64,000 nt of DNA, from positions 13,609-77,608 of the forward strand of contig JAPOQZ010000266.1 of NCBI GenBank assembly GCA_026710435.1, given 5' to 3'. The position numbers were made by a program, and so were the translations under genes. The stretch comes from a bacterium. Its GTDB lineage: Bacteria; Actinomycetota; Acidimicrobiia; Spongiisociales; Spongiisociaceae. The notes beneath the pieces were generated by a model. It worked only from the letters and a program-made list of their open reading frames with translations, did not search any database and was not told the origin of the DNA. Of this stretch, positions 19,550-29,705 are shown in pieces. Position 1 is the stretch's first letter, and each line of letters starts with the position of its first letter.

Positions 19550-19981
19550 GTGAGCGAACTCAAGGAACGCCTCACTCGAGTCGTCGGCGTCTGGGAGGGT
19601 ACCTACACGTCCGTGACCCCCACCGGAGAGTTGATCGAGCGGTACCGGAGCCGCCAGGAAACAAGTTTCGACGGCAACCGATGGCGGGAGCGCATCACCT
19701 ACTTCCGGGACGGCCGGGAGCCCGAAACACACGATTTCGCCGGCCGCTTCGAGGATGGGTTGCTCCTGTTCGAGGACGACGACATCCTGGGCGACACCTA
19801 CTTCGTGAGCGAAGACATCCTCGTGTTGCCGTACACCTGGAAGTCACGGCCCCACGAGAAGGTCGTCGAGACCGTCATCCTCGCGTCGGCGACGCACAAG
19901 GCGCGGGTCTGGCAGGTGTTCTCGGATGAAGAGTTGGTAAGGGTCATGATCATCAGCGAGCACCTGGTCGCAGTTCCTTGA
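19550..19981 (+). CDS. Beta-barrel (DUF3598 / calycin-like) protein
   Basis: GVWEGTY N-terminal G-x-W motif and alternating beta pattern; directly follows the membrane protein gene. Confidence 0.6.
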   Translation: MSELKERLTRVVGVWEGTYTSVTPTGELIERYRSRQETSFDGNRWRERITYFRDGREPETHDFAGRFEDGLLLFEDDDILGDTYFVSEDILVLPYTWKSRPHEKVVETVILASATHKARVWQVFSDEELVRVMIISEHLVAVP

Positions 19982-20170
19982 CATCATACGGGTTCACGAC
20001 ATGGGGGTTCCCACGCAAGCTGTTCTCGGGTTGAGTAGAAGTATGCGGACCAACCTGGCTTCTGTGGGGTTCGCCATTGAGCGTAGTAACCGGTGTGACA
20101 GCTATCCAGAGCCTCTCTCATCGTTATGCACTGGGTGTTCCGCAGCAGCTAACACCGTGCCCCTACGCAT

Positions 20171-21727
20171 ATGCTCGGCTTCGTTCCGTCGCGAGTGACG
20201 CGACCGGAGCGGCCATACATCGATCTTATCCAAAGGCGGGCCCTGACGTTCGCCCTTCTAGACAACACACGCGATTGGCGCCAGCGGGCGGTACATGAGA
20301 TCGTACTACGAGACAGCGACCATGTGTACGCCTCGACGGTGTACCAGATAAGGCTACCGCTGGAAATAGTTCAAGTCTTCGCGCCCTCTGCGAGAGTGGG
20401 GGATCTGGCGAGGGTTCTTCTCCCGTTTACCGTCCGGCCGAACCAACTACTCCTGAACGTCGACTTCGAGGGGATAAAGGACAAGCCACCGGCGCTGCTG
20501 CTCCGTCGCGAGATTGCAAAGCTCCAGGCCGAGTACTTAGCTCACGTTGGCGGGCGGCCTCTCGACGACCAGCCGCTGGCCCAAGAACTGTGGGAGGCGG
20601 TGTCGTCATACACAACCTTCTCATGGTGGGAGCATCTCGGGCGTACGAAACCACCCGCTTGGCGGCGACTATGGCCCCGATACTTGGACTCGTGGCGTCA
20701 GCGTGCCCTCGTCGCCTACCTGAACGATTGGCTCGACTTCAAGATCAAACCGTGCCATGTCAGCGACTGGTTGCTCAGGATAGAGGACGCGCGTGTTGCG
20801 TTGGTTGAGGCATTAGGGGAGGGCGAGGACTCAGACTCAGCCGCGGAGTGCATCCTGCTGGCGATTCCGTTCATGCCTGTTCAGATCAAAGGAGTCGCTG
20901 ACATCGATCGGAGAATCGACGCGTTCCGATCTGCTGTCATGGAGATGGATTCACGAACCCGTCAAGTCTTGGCGGAGTACGGACGCCGTTGGGAGGTATT
21001 CGTCGAATCGGTTGTGCCTGTCGGACAGGCCTGCTCACTAAGGCTGTCCGAGTAACGTCCCTGGGTAGTGGCACCCTCGCCGACCACTCGGCAGGCGGTC
21101 ATATTGCTCGGTACACAGTTCCGTGTCCCGATCCCGCGTTGGTTCCGAGTTTCGTCAACCATGAAGCAGGAGATTCCATTCGGCGATGCGGAGACTACGC
21201 ATGTTGAGATCAGGGCTGCGGATCACAGCGTGGTGATAGACCGGCCACGCATCCAGATCATTGAATGGCCTCGCATCAGCAACCTCGATGGTACACGTGT
21301 CGACTTTGCTGTCGCCGACGCTATTCGAGAGACTCCTGATGCCATCGCAATCTACGCCTCTACGCCCGATCGCCCGTACATTGCACGGATAATTGTTCGA
21401 GCCAGAGTCCGCTGGGTGCATCGTCTCCTGGTTATGTGTCTGCTCTTGCTAACGACAGCTACTGCAGCGGTGACGGTTGTTCTTCCCGAGAGTGCCGATC
21501 TGGTTGCATCCCTGGCGCTCCTGGTGTTCCCACTCACCCTGGCTGGCACAGTTGCCCTCGGTCGCGAGACGACCTCATTAGCCGAACGGCTCCTCCGCTC
21601 AAGGAGGATCGGTCTACTGCTCAGTATTCTCGTCCTCTGGAGCCTGACCCTGCTCCGGCTGCTCTCAAAGGCGGGCGTGGAGTTCGCGGAGTCTTGGTGG
21701 CACGCGGTGAAACACCTAGCCGGATGA
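20171..21727 (+). pseudogene. Hypothetical protein with C-terminal TM helices, split by one in-frame TAA (21053-21055)
   Basis: ORFs 20171-21055 and 21068-21727 share a frame and read ...LRLSE*RPWVVAPSP...; lower GC than the flanks. Confidence 0.6.
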
Positions 21728-21778
21728 TACGGAAGCCGGTAACCTGGGCTGACAACGTTGCAAGGCAAAGGACACACC

Positions 21779-21949
21779 ATGGCCAAGAACGGAGCCAGGG
21801 GCGGCGGTCGGTATGGTGCCGTATCGCGTCGGAGCCAAGTTCAGAATCCGAAGACCGGGGGCTGGCCGAAGCGGGACACCTCGACGGGGCGCTTCGTGGC
21901 AACGAGGAAGTCCGGCGGACCCTTCAAGGGCGTACGCCGCGAGCGCTGA
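21779..21949 (+). CDS. Small basic conserved hypothetical protein (56 aa)
   Basis: AAGGA RBS; MAKN...GAV..RSQ..NPKTG.W.KRD..TGRF...K..G.PFKGVR.E resembles a widespread small-protein family recalled from mobile islands. Confidence 0.75.
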   Translation: MAKNGARGGGRYGAVSRRSQVQNPKTGGWPKRDTSTGRFVATRKSGGPFKGVRRER

Positions 21950-22059
21950 GCCATTGGGTAAACCTTCTCACCGAGCCGGCTTACCCATGCCTGCGGACCG
22001 GTCGGCGATAATGCTCGCTTGGCCGGTTTGGTCATCCCGCTCTCGGTACATCGCTGCAG

Positions 22060-23052
22060 GTGGAGTCAAGCCGGTGTAGTTGGGCGGACAGCTCGGGGAG
22101 TGGTCGTATTCTGTTTTCCGAAGTAAGGCTAGGAACGATCTCGGTGGCGGACCTGGAGAGGTCCCAGGACTTCTATCACGGCGCATTCGGTTACCTGGCC
22201 AAGGGGACCGGTGTCCTGCGTGCTGAGGACGACGGCGGTCGGGTGGGGGAATCTTGGATGATGCCCGATGGCATGACAGCCCGCTTTGCGGTCGTCGGGC
22301 CGGCCCGCTGTGACAGTTGCCTGCTCCGCATCGTGGAGTTCGACGCGCCGGGTCAACCGATCTGGGATGACTTGCCGGCCGGGAAGGTGATAGGTCATTA
22401 CGCGCTGAACATACGGGTTCCCGAGATCCACACCGGCTGGGAGCGGATCGTCGCTGCCGGGGGGCGGATCAAGTCACCCCCGACGCACTGGCACCTGAGC
22501 GACGGCTCGGCCTGGGACTCCCAGATCTACGACCCCGATGGGATCCTGATCGATGCCTGGAGCGTGGAGGGGGAGATCGCGGAGAGGTTGGGAGCCGCGA
22601 TGGATCCGGCCAGCGAGTTGCAGACCATGGCACTCCACGTGGGTGATGCGGTCCGTTCGAAGGAGTTCTATCTGGGGTTCGGATACGGCGTCCTGTACGA
22701 CCAGCAAGTCAAAGGTCTGGAGGAGTTCTTCGGTGTGCCCGACGGTGTCGTCATGCACAACGTGAATCTGATCATGGAGCACACACCGGTCGGCAGGATG
22801 GAGATGAGCCAGTACCTCGGCCATCCGGGGATCGAGGTCAAGCCCCGGGCGGTTCCGCCGAACCACGGGATCCTGTCGGTCACCTTCGAGGCAGGCGATC
22901 TGCCGTCCGCTTCTGCCCATGTGGTCGACCTTGGCGCCGAGCCGATCGGGGGTCCGGCGACCTATGCAGTGCTCCCCTACGGACAGGTGGCGGCGTCCAC
23001 CTTCTTCGGACCGGACGGCGAGATGGTCGAAATCTTCGAAAGGATCGGATAG
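22060..23052 (+). CDS. VOC (glyoxalase-like) family protein, two domains
   Basis: TISVADLERS..FY, YDPDGILID, PPNHGILSVTFE, FFGPDGEMVE; true start probably near 22108-22111. Confidence 0.85.
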   Translation: MESSRCSWADSSGSGRILFSEVRLGTISVADLERSQDFYHGAFGYLAKGTGVLRAEDDGGRVGESWMMPDGMTARFAVVGPARCDSCLLRIVEFDAPGQPIWDDLPAGKVIGHYALNIRVPEIHTGWERIVAAGGRIKSPPTHWHLSDGSAWDSQIYDPDGILIDAWSVEGEIAERLGAAMDPASELQTMALHVGDAVRSKEFYLGFGYGVLYDQQVKGLEEFFGVPDGVVMHNVNLIMEHTPVGRMEMSQYLGHPGIEVKPRAVPPNHGILSVTFEAGDLPSASAHVVDLGAEPIGGPATYAVLPYGQVAASTFFGPDGEMVEIFERIG

Positions 23053-23056
23053 GGAC

Positions 23057-24472
23057 ATGGCAACCGTATGGGATGCCGTTGTCGTAGGAGCCGGGACGGC
23101 AGGCCTGCCCGCCGCCATATTCGCTGCCCGTCGCGGGATGCGGGTACTCGCCGTGGAGAAGAGCCACCAGGTCGGCGGAACCCTTTACCTCTCGGGTGGC
23201 CACATGAGCGCGGCCGGGACCCGCCACCAGGAGCGTCACGGGGTGGAGGACTCCCCCGAGGAGCACTTCCGCGACGTCATGGCTTTTTCGGAAGGCAAGG
23301 CCAACCGGGACCTGGTCCGTCTCGCCACCGGCAACGCCGCGGGCACTATCGACTGGCTCGACGATCTGGGCTTCGACTTCTCGCCGGAGTGCCCCGCTCC
23401 GACCGTCCATTTCCACCACAACCCCTACTCCAAGGCACGCATGCACTGGGGAACGCGCGCCGGGTACTCGATCCTGGACCTGGTGGTCCCGGAGTTCGAG
23501 TCCGTGGTCGCCGACGGCTCGGTCGAGTTGGCGCTCAACACCAGCCTTGTTGGGCTGGACCGGAGGGGCAATCGGGCATGGGGCGTTCTGGTTGACGGGC
23601 CGGACGGCCGGACGGTACACACCGCTCGGGCGGTTGTTCTCACTGCCGGTGGCTATACGGCCAATCCCGAAATGTTCAGGGATCTGAGCAGCGGCCGGCT
23701 GGTTTCTCCCGGGCTGCTCACCGTGACCGGGGACGCTCACCGCATCGTCGCCGAGTTGGGTGGAAGCCTGCGCAACGGTCACCGCTGGCTGCCGACCTTC
23801 GGCGGTATCGAAGATCCGGATACACCGCATCGGGCTGTTCACACCGACTACTGGGCATCCCTCGCTCCCCAGGTCCGACCGCCCTGGGAGGTCTACGTGA
23901 ACCGAGCCGGAAGGCGGTTCATGTCGGAGGAGGAGGGCGACGAGGTCACACGGGGTAGAGCCCTCCGAGCGCAGCCGGGTCAGGTCTTCTGGGTGGTGTT
24001 CGACGAGGCTGCCCTCGACCGCGCGCCACCCCTGCTCCCCGGCTGGGGTGCCGAAGGGGTCCGTTCCCGGGCCGGAGACTCCCCTCCACTGTTCAAGGGC
24101 GGATCGCTGGAGGACTTGGCGGCTGTGGCCGGGATCGATCCTGCCGGCCTCGTTGCGACCGTCTCGGCCTACAACGCAGCAATCGGTGGTGCGCCCGACG
24201 AGTTGGGGCGGAGGCACCTGCCCCTTGCCATCGAGACACCGCCTTTCTACGCGGTGGAGAACCATGCCACGACGCTGCGCACCCCGGCCGGCGCGACGGT
24301 CGACGCCGCTCTCCGGGTGCTCGACGCCAAGGGTCGTCCATTCGGCGGGCTGTACGCCGCGGGCGAGACTCTGGGTAGTGCGGTGTTCAGTGGTGGTGGA
24401 GCAGCGGCCGGGATGAGCATCACGCCGGCGATGACGTTCGGCCGGTTGCTGGGATCGAGCCTGATCTCGTAG
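23057..24472 (+). CDS. FAD-dependent oxidoreductase (FAD_binding_2)
   Basis: DAVVVGAGTAGL, VVLTAGGY, VDAALRVLD..G.PFGGLYAAGE, TFGRLLG. Confidence 0.88.
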   Translation: MATVWDAVVVGAGTAGLPAAIFAARRGMRVLAVEKSHQVGGTLYLSGGHMSAAGTRHQERHGVEDSPEEHFRDVMAFSEGKANRDLVRLATGNAAGTIDWLDDLGFDFSPECPAPTVHFHHNPYSKARMHWGTRAGYSILDLVVPEFESVVADGSVELALNTSLVGLDRRGNRAWGVLVDGPDGRTVHTARAVVLTAGGYTANPEMFRDLSSGRLVSPGLLTVTGDAHRIVAELGGSLRNGHRWLPTFGGIEDPDTPHRAVHTDYWASLAPQVRPPWEVYVNRAGRRFMSEEEGDEVTRGRALRAQPGQVFWVVFDEAALDRAPPLLPGWGAEGVRSRAGDSPPLFKGGSLEDLAAVAGIDPAGLVATVSAYNAAIGGAPDELGRRHLPLAIETPPFYAVENHATTLRTPAGATVDAALRVLDAKGRPFGGLYAAGETLGSAVFSGGGAAAGMSITPAMTFGRLLGSSLIS

Positions 24473-24497
24473 GTTTCTTTGATCGTAAGGAGTTCCA

Positions 24498-25643
24498 ATG
24501 CCTGAGAACGGACGCCGCGCTATCGACGCAGACTCCCATGTGGGTCTGGCGCTGGACACATGGGACCGCTTCCTCGATCCGAGCCTGAGGGATCATCCCC
24601 GGCGCCCCCGCTTCGAGGAGGCCGACGGCATCCACTACTTCCTGGCGGACCGGTACCGGTGGCCGTCGCATACGGGACGGTTGCCGTACCGCACCCCCTC
24701 CGGTTACGCGCCGGGTCCCCGGGGAGGCGTGGACGCCGACTACCGCATGGAGGACTTCATGGACCCCGAAGGAGTCGATCGGGGAATGCTCATGCCGGGC
24801 CGGTTCATGTCGGCGGTTTCCTACTTCGAGGACATCGAGATCGGCAACGCCCAGGCCAGGGCCTACAACGACTGGCTGGCTGACTTCTGCAGCTCCCACC
24901 CGAACCGGCTGTTCGGGTTCGGGGTGATCAACGTGGCCGATCCATCCGGGGCGGTGGAGGAGATGCGCCGCTGCGTCCATGAACTGGGTTTTCCAGCCAT
25001 CTACATGTCGCCTTCGGTGGTCGGACGGGATCCGGACGAGTACCGGGTCATGTCCGACGAGCACTTCTATCCCATGTACGAGGAAGCCGCCCGGCTCGAC
25101 GTTCCGCTGTCGATCCACGCCTTCAGCGATCCCAACGTCGAAGGACATTCCCACAACTGGCCGAGATCCGGCTCCCTTCTTTGGAGCGACATCGTCGGCT
25201 TCCCGTTCCAGGGCATGCAGGTGTTCGTCAACCTGGTGCTCGGCGGAGTGTGCGACGCCTTCCCCGAGACCAAGTTCGGGATCTTCGAATCGGGTCTCGG
25301 ATGGATGCCGATGGTCATAGACCGCATCCACGAACGTCGGGAGAAGTTCACCGAACTGGTCAGGATGGCGGCTCCGGACATGGAACTCCTCCCCGAGGAG
25401 TACATCCAGCGCCAGATCTGGATGGGCTTCGAGCCCGAGGATCCGTTCCTACCTGACTTCATCAAATGGACGGGGGCGCCGGAGCGGACCCTACTCTCGA
25501 TCGACTACCCCCACCTCGACTACGAGCCCGGCCAGCTCGAGGGATTCCGCGCCCGAGGCGATGTGTCGGAGGACCACATCAGGCTGGCCGAGTGGGACAA
25601 CTCCATCGAGTACTTCAAGTGGGAGGGAACAGCGGCCCGGTAG
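24498..25643 (+). CDS. Amidohydrolase family protein (Amidohydro_2, decarboxylase/hydratase-like)
   Basis: IDADSHV, ARAYNDWLADFC..P.RL, VPLSIH, GGVCDAFP..KFGIFESG.GW, SIDYPH. Confidence 0.9.
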   Translation: MPENGRRAIDADSHVGLALDTWDRFLDPSLRDHPRRPRFEEADGIHYFLADRYRWPSHTGRLPYRTPSGYAPGPRGGVDADYRMEDFMDPEGVDRGMLMPGRFMSAVSYFEDIEIGNAQARAYNDWLADFCSSHPNRLFGFGVINVADPSGAVEEMRRCVHELGFPAIYMSPSVVGRDPDEYRVMSDEHFYPMYEEAARLDVPLSIHAFSDPNVEGHSHNWPRSGSLLWSDIVGFPFQGMQVFVNLVLGGVCDAFPETKFGIFESGLGWMPMVIDRIHERREKFTELVRMAAPDMELLPEEYIQRQIWMGFEPEDPFLPDFIKWTGAPERTLLSIDYPHLDYEPGQLEGFRARGDVSEDHIRLAEWDNSIEYFKWEGTAAR

Positions 25644-25789
25644 CGGTCGCGCGGATAGCATTCACCCGGTTGGAGGTAAGAGTTGTCCGTTCCAGTCCGG
25701 TTGACCGGGGTCACCAAACGCTATGGAAAGGCGAGGGGGGTCATAGACCTCGATCTGGAGGTGCGGGCAGGGGAGGTTTTCGGGTACGG

Positions 25790-26074
25790 GGCCTCTCTGC
25801 GGGGGTGGTGAGCTTTGTGGCCGCCGGGTCTTACCTGATCAACTCCCTGGGAGGCTTGGTGGAGGGATTGGAGACTTTGAGGCCCTTCTCTCCCTTTTAC
25901 TACTCCGGCGCCTCCAATCCCCTTCGCAACGGTCTCGATGGTCGGCACGCTCTGGTACTGGCGGGGGCTGCGGTTCTCTTGCTCGGCCTAGCCGTGCTGG
26001 CCGTGCGCAGCCGCGACTTAGGGATTGGTGGGATACGACTGCCGGTACTTCGGGTCGGAAAGGCGTCCGGCTGA
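25790..26074 (+). pseudogene. 3' fragment of an ABC-2-type permease gene
   Basis: SYLINSLG..VEGLE.LRPFSPFYY...NPLRNGL...F/V.RRDL-like C-terminus; no start codon or N-terminal part found. Confidence 0.55.
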
Positions 26075-26127
26075 GTACCTGGCCGGGGTCACGGCGGACC
26101 GCTGAATCGCGCAGCCTCATCAAGTCT

Positions 26128-26333
26128 TCCTCACTCTTCCTGTTTCCAGGTAGACCCGTGGCAGCATGCACATCAACCACATCCATCGCGACCGGGCCTG
26201 GCATCACCCCACGGGTGCAGGTCGCGCCGGGCCGCGAACGGACAATCGAGGGGGCCGGAATCCCTGGTCAGAAGCTCGTATCCCACCACCTCATTCGCCC
26301 GGTGCAAACCCGTGGATGAAGAGTCGGGGCTAG
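26128..26333 (+). mobile_element. MITE family B copy 3
   Basis: Core GCAGCATG.CACATCAACCACATC..CGCGACCGGG...CCCTGGTCAGAAGC...GAAGAGTCGGGG-CTAG; left end eroded. Confidence 0.8.
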
Positions 26334-26345
26334 CAAACCAGCGCA

Positions 26346-26379
26346 AGAGAAGCGGCGCCTCGAAAGGCGCCGCTTCTCT
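26346..26379 (-). terminator. Intrinsic terminator hairpin downstream of the ABC substrate-binding protein gene
   Basis: Perfect 15-bp stem AGAGAAGCGGCGCCT-CGAA-AGGCGCCGCTTCTCT. Confidence 0.8.
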
Positions 26380-26400
26380 CTCACATGGTGAGGTCTTCGT

Positions 26401-28119
26401 CTAGGCGAAGCTCCACTCCTGCTGGCGGACGTGGTTTACCTGTAGCAGGCCCTGGTCTATGCCCTGCAGGTTGTTGGCATGCGCCGCAATCAGCGGCGGG
26501 TACACCGGGGGGACCGATACGGCATCCTCGGCGACGAGCCGGTTGCCTTCCTTCCACAGCTCGATCTGGCGGTTCACGTCGTCGGTGGCGTCCACCTCGT
26601 CGAGGATCGCGTCGAGCCGGGGGTTGTTGTACTTATGGAAGTTCGCCGGGTCCTGCGAATGGTTGACCCCTAGGACCACCCATGGGGTGTTCCCCGCCGA
26701 GTAGCCCTCCTGGCTGGCTACCGAGATCACGTTGAACCCTCCGGTGACCCAGCGGTTCACCCATGGGCCGCTGTCCAGGATGACCAGGTTGGCCTTCAGG
26801 CCCGCTGCCAGCCAGTCGTTGGTCATGGCGACCATCGTGTCCCGGGTGAGGTTGTCGTTCTGGATCACGACGTCGAAGTCAATGACATCGTCCTCGCCGT
26901 AGCCTGCCTGGGAAAGGAGCGCGCGTGCCTGCTCGATGTCCGGATCGTCCGGGTAGGGCCGGTAGTCGGGGTCGTACCCCAGGGAGGCCGAGTGGAGAGG
27001 CCCGGAAGCCGTTACCGCTTTGCCCTGGAAGACCACGTCGTTGACCCGTCGCCGGTTCATCGAGAAGGCGATCGCCTGGCGGACCAGCAGGTTGTCCGTC
27101 GGTGGGTTCTCCACCTGCTCGAACCACAGGATGTCCACCGGTGCGTTGGCCACGAGGGTGGTCAGGTTTGCCTGAGCCTCCAAGACGGGCAAGTCGCTGA
27201 ACCTCGGATCCCCTAGGTAATGGGACCGGCCACTGAGTAGGTTGACCAGGCGCGCTCCGGGATCGGGGACGAAGTTGAAGCGGATGTCCCTGATGGCGGG
27301 CACATGCCCCGACCAGTGGTTCTCGTTGGCTGCCAACGTGGCGAACTGGCCGTCCACGAACTCGCTGAAGACGTAAGGGCCGGAACCCATGTGGCTGTCG
27401 TTGACCTCGAACCAGTCACGGTGCCGGATGTTGATCAGGGCCATCTTCGACAGCAGGAAGCTGTACGGCCGGTTCAGGTTGAAACGTACAGTCAGGTTGT
27501 CAACCGCTTCTATCGAGTCCACCGCACGCAGGTGGGAGCGCCAGATCCCGTTGTTCTGGACGAACGTATACAGATCCGCCACTGCCTGAGCGTCGAGAGC
27601 ATCGCCGTTGTGGAACGTGACACCGTCCTTGATCGTTACCTCCACCGTGAGGTCGTCGATCTTGTTGGGCATGCCGGCTGCGAGCCGGGGGACGATGTTG
27701 ACGTTGCTGTCCCAGTCGTACAGCTTGTCCTCGACCATGTCCGCTATCCACTTCTGGTTCTGGATGTTCTGGACTGTCGAGTTGATGACCCTCGGTTGGA
27801 TACCCATCTCGAAGATCAGCGTTGGCTGGACAGCGGCCGGGGCCTGGGACGTCGTCGTGGCCGGAGCCGCAGTCGTGGTGGTGGTCTCCGGAGCCGCGGC
27901 TGCCGCGGTCGTAGTGGTCGCGGCGGCCGTTGTGGCCGGAGCCGTTGTCGCGGGAGCCACCGTTGTCGTACCCGAGTCCGTACCGCAGGCGACAAGCGTG
28001 AGGCCCGCCGCGCTTGCCCAGGCCGATGTCTTGAGGAAGTCGCGGCGGGACATCCCGAGGGCCCGCCGACCTTCCTCGATGACGGACTCCTGCCTCTCGC
28101 GTCTCTTACGCTCTGACAT
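26401..28119 (-). CDS. ABC transporter substrate-binding protein (family 5, Opp/Dpp-like), Tat lipoprotein
   Basis: SRRDFLK Tat motif, LVAC lipobox, Thr/Ala linker, GVTFHNG..LDA..V, GSGPY, VRQAIAFSMNR. Confidence 0.92.
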   Translation of the reverse strand: MSERKRRERQESVIEEGRRALGMSRRDFLKTSAWASAAGLTLVACGTDSGTTTVAPATTAPATTAAATTTTAAAAAPETTTTTAAPATTTSQAPAAVQPTLIFEMGIQPRVINSTVQNIQNQKWIADMVEDKLYDWDSNVNIVPRLAAGMPNKIDDLTVEVTIKDGVTFHNGDALDAQAVADLYTFVQNNGIWRSHLRAVDSIEAVDNLTVRFNLNRPYSFLLSKMALINIRHRDWFEVNDSHMGSGPYVFSEFVDGQFATLAANENHWSGHVPAIRDIRFNFVPDPGARLVNLLSGRSHYLGDPRFSDLPVLEAQANLTTLVANAPVDILWFEQVENPPTDNLLVRQAIAFSMNRRRVNDVVFQGKAVTASGPLHSASLGYDPDYRPYPDDPDIEQARALLSQAGYGEDDVIDFDVVIQNDNLTRDTMVAMTNDWLAAGLKANLVILDSGPWVNRWVTGGFNVISVASQEGYSAGNTPWVVLGVNHSQDPANFHKYNNPRLDAILDEVDATDDVNRQIELWKEGNRLVAEDAVSVPPVYPPLIAAHANNLQGIDQGLLQVNHVRQQEWSFA

Positions 28120-28327
28120 TGTGGACTGTCCCTCCTCCGCGCCGCCCGCGCGTCGCCAATACGACGGTCGCTGCGAATACTAACCCCTCCCCATTTTGCG
28201 TGTACTGCCTGGCTGCGACGCATCGGGTGCCTACGGCTAGCGTTGGGTGTAGGAGCATCCGTGGGGTTGTTGTGGCCGGGGGTAAGTCCTCGCTCAGGCT
28301 GTGGCAACGGGCAGCAGGGAGGTCTCG

Positions 28328-28987
28328 GTGGATGTTTTCGACGTGATGCGAACCCAGCGAAGCGTCAAGCGGTTCCGCTCCGATCCGGTCGATCGGGCGG
28401 ACATAGAGGCGATGATCACCGCGGCGACCTGGGCGCCCAACGGCAGCAACCGCCAAGCGTGGGAATTCATCGTGGTCGACGATCCCGTCACGAAGAAGGC
28501 CTTGGCGGATGTCTACCGGGATGCCTGGAATCTGCTGTACGAGCAAAGGAGCACCCGGCGCAGTTTCCACGACCCGCGAACGGCTCCGGCCAAGATGATG
28601 AGCGACTCGCAACACCTCTGCGAGCATCTCGAGCAGGTGCCCGTTCTCATCCTCGTCTGCATGGACACCGACCGGAACCTGGTTTCCACCGACGGCGTCA
28701 TGCGGATGTACTGGGAGGAGGGAAACTACACATCCACCCTTCCCGGCGTCCAGAATCTGATGATCGCCGCCCGCGCCCTCGGCATCGGGACCTGCCTGAC
28801 GACAGCCCTGAACGTGTTCGGCGAGAAGGCCAAGGACATACTCGGGCTTCCCGACGCGCTCCGCACCATAGCTCTCATCCCGGTGGGGTATCCGGAGGTC
28901 GACTTCAAGCCGGTCAACCGGATACCGGCCGAGGAATCGACACATTGGAACCGTTGGGGCCGACGTAGCCCCTCCGGGTCGGGGTAG
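28328..28987 (+). CDS. Nitroreductase family protein
   Basis: GGGAGG RBS + GTG; RSVKRF..DPV, ATWAPNGSNRQAWEF, QNLMIAARALGIGT, LIPVGYP. Confidence 0.92.
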   Translation: MDVFDVMRTQRSVKRFRSDPVDRADIEAMITAATWAPNGSNRQAWEFIVVDDPVTKKALADVYRDAWNLLYEQRSTRRSFHDPRTAPAKMMSDSQHLCEHLEQVPVLILVCMDTDRNLVSTDGVMRMYWEEGNYTSTLPGVQNLMIAARALGIGTCLTTALNVFGEKAKDILGLPDALRTIALIPVGYPEVDFKPVNRIPAEESTHWNRWGRRSPSGSG

Positions 28988-29024
28988 GGTCGGCGAATCC
29001 GGACGCGGGGGAGGAGGACGGCTC

Positions 29025-29705
29025 GTGCGGCACAGGATGTACAGGGGACGGATCGACTACGTTCATCGTTCCGACGGGGAGATCGGCCGGGAGTGGTTCA
29101 GTGTGACCGTCCAGCCCAACGGGGACCGGACGTTGCGCGCCCACTGCGAGATGGACGATGTGGAACTACTGCGCGACGTCGTGCAGACTCTCGACGGCGA
29201 CTGGCTTCTGGTGGACGTCTTCGTGAGGCTCACCCAGTATGGACGGTTCGTCGGGAGCGGCTGGTTCAACTTCGAGGATGACGGCATCCAGTGCGAGTCG
29301 GTCACCGCCGACGCCGGCCGCGTATCCCAGTGGGTTCCCACGGAGGGCCGGGTGCGGCTCTTTGCCAGCCACCCTCTGGCGGCGGACGGGATGCAGTGCG
29401 CTGGTTACGACCATGGATCCGACGAGCGGATTCAGACCATCCGTCCCTGGGCCAATCCGTCTCCCCGGCCGGACGGAGCTTCGGGTCCCATCGCCGCGAT
29501 CGGCAAGAAGGTAATCGAATATGTGGGGGAGGAGGAGATCACCGTCCCGGCCGGGACGTTCGAGACGCGGCACTACCTGCTCCATCCGTCCAGGCCCGAA
29601 TGGACGCCGCTGGAGACGTGGGTCACCGGACCCGACTACGTATTCGTCAAGTTGAGCTGGGACGTTCTGGAAGCCGATTACGTCTTGGCGGAACTGGAAC
29701 TCTGA
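29025..29705 (+). CDS. Conserved hypothetical beta-rich protein (DUF3108-like C-terminus)
   Basis: GGAGGAG RBS; EEITVPAGTFETRHY motif; in an operon with the hydrolase and VOC genes. Confidence 0.7.
   Translation: MRHRMYRGRIDYVHRSDGEIGREWFSVTVQPNGDRTLRAHCEMDDVELLRDVVQTLDGDWLLVDVFVRLTQYGRFVGSGWFNFEDDGIQCESVTADAGRVSQWVPTEGRVRLFASHPLAADGMQCAGYDHGSDERIQTIRPWANPSPRPDGASGPIAAIGKKVIEYVGEEEITVPAGTFETRHYLLHPSRPEWTPLETWVTGPDYVFVKLSWDVLEADYVLAELEL

Noticed and set aside
21053-21055. Recoding (Sec/Pyl) at the internal stop of the 20171-21727 frame
   Set aside because: The stop is TAA, not TGA or TAG, and is not in a redox motif. A nonsense mutation or sequencing error is more likely.
22880-24559. Long antisense ORFs (e.g. 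559 aa here, 652 aa at 31242-33200)
   Set aside because: They are antisense shadows of well-supported genes, with no motifs and Arg/Pro/Gly-biased composition.
27840-27975. Tandem-like low-complexity DNA
   Set aside because: It encodes the Thr/Ala/Pro linker of the lipoprotein binding protein.
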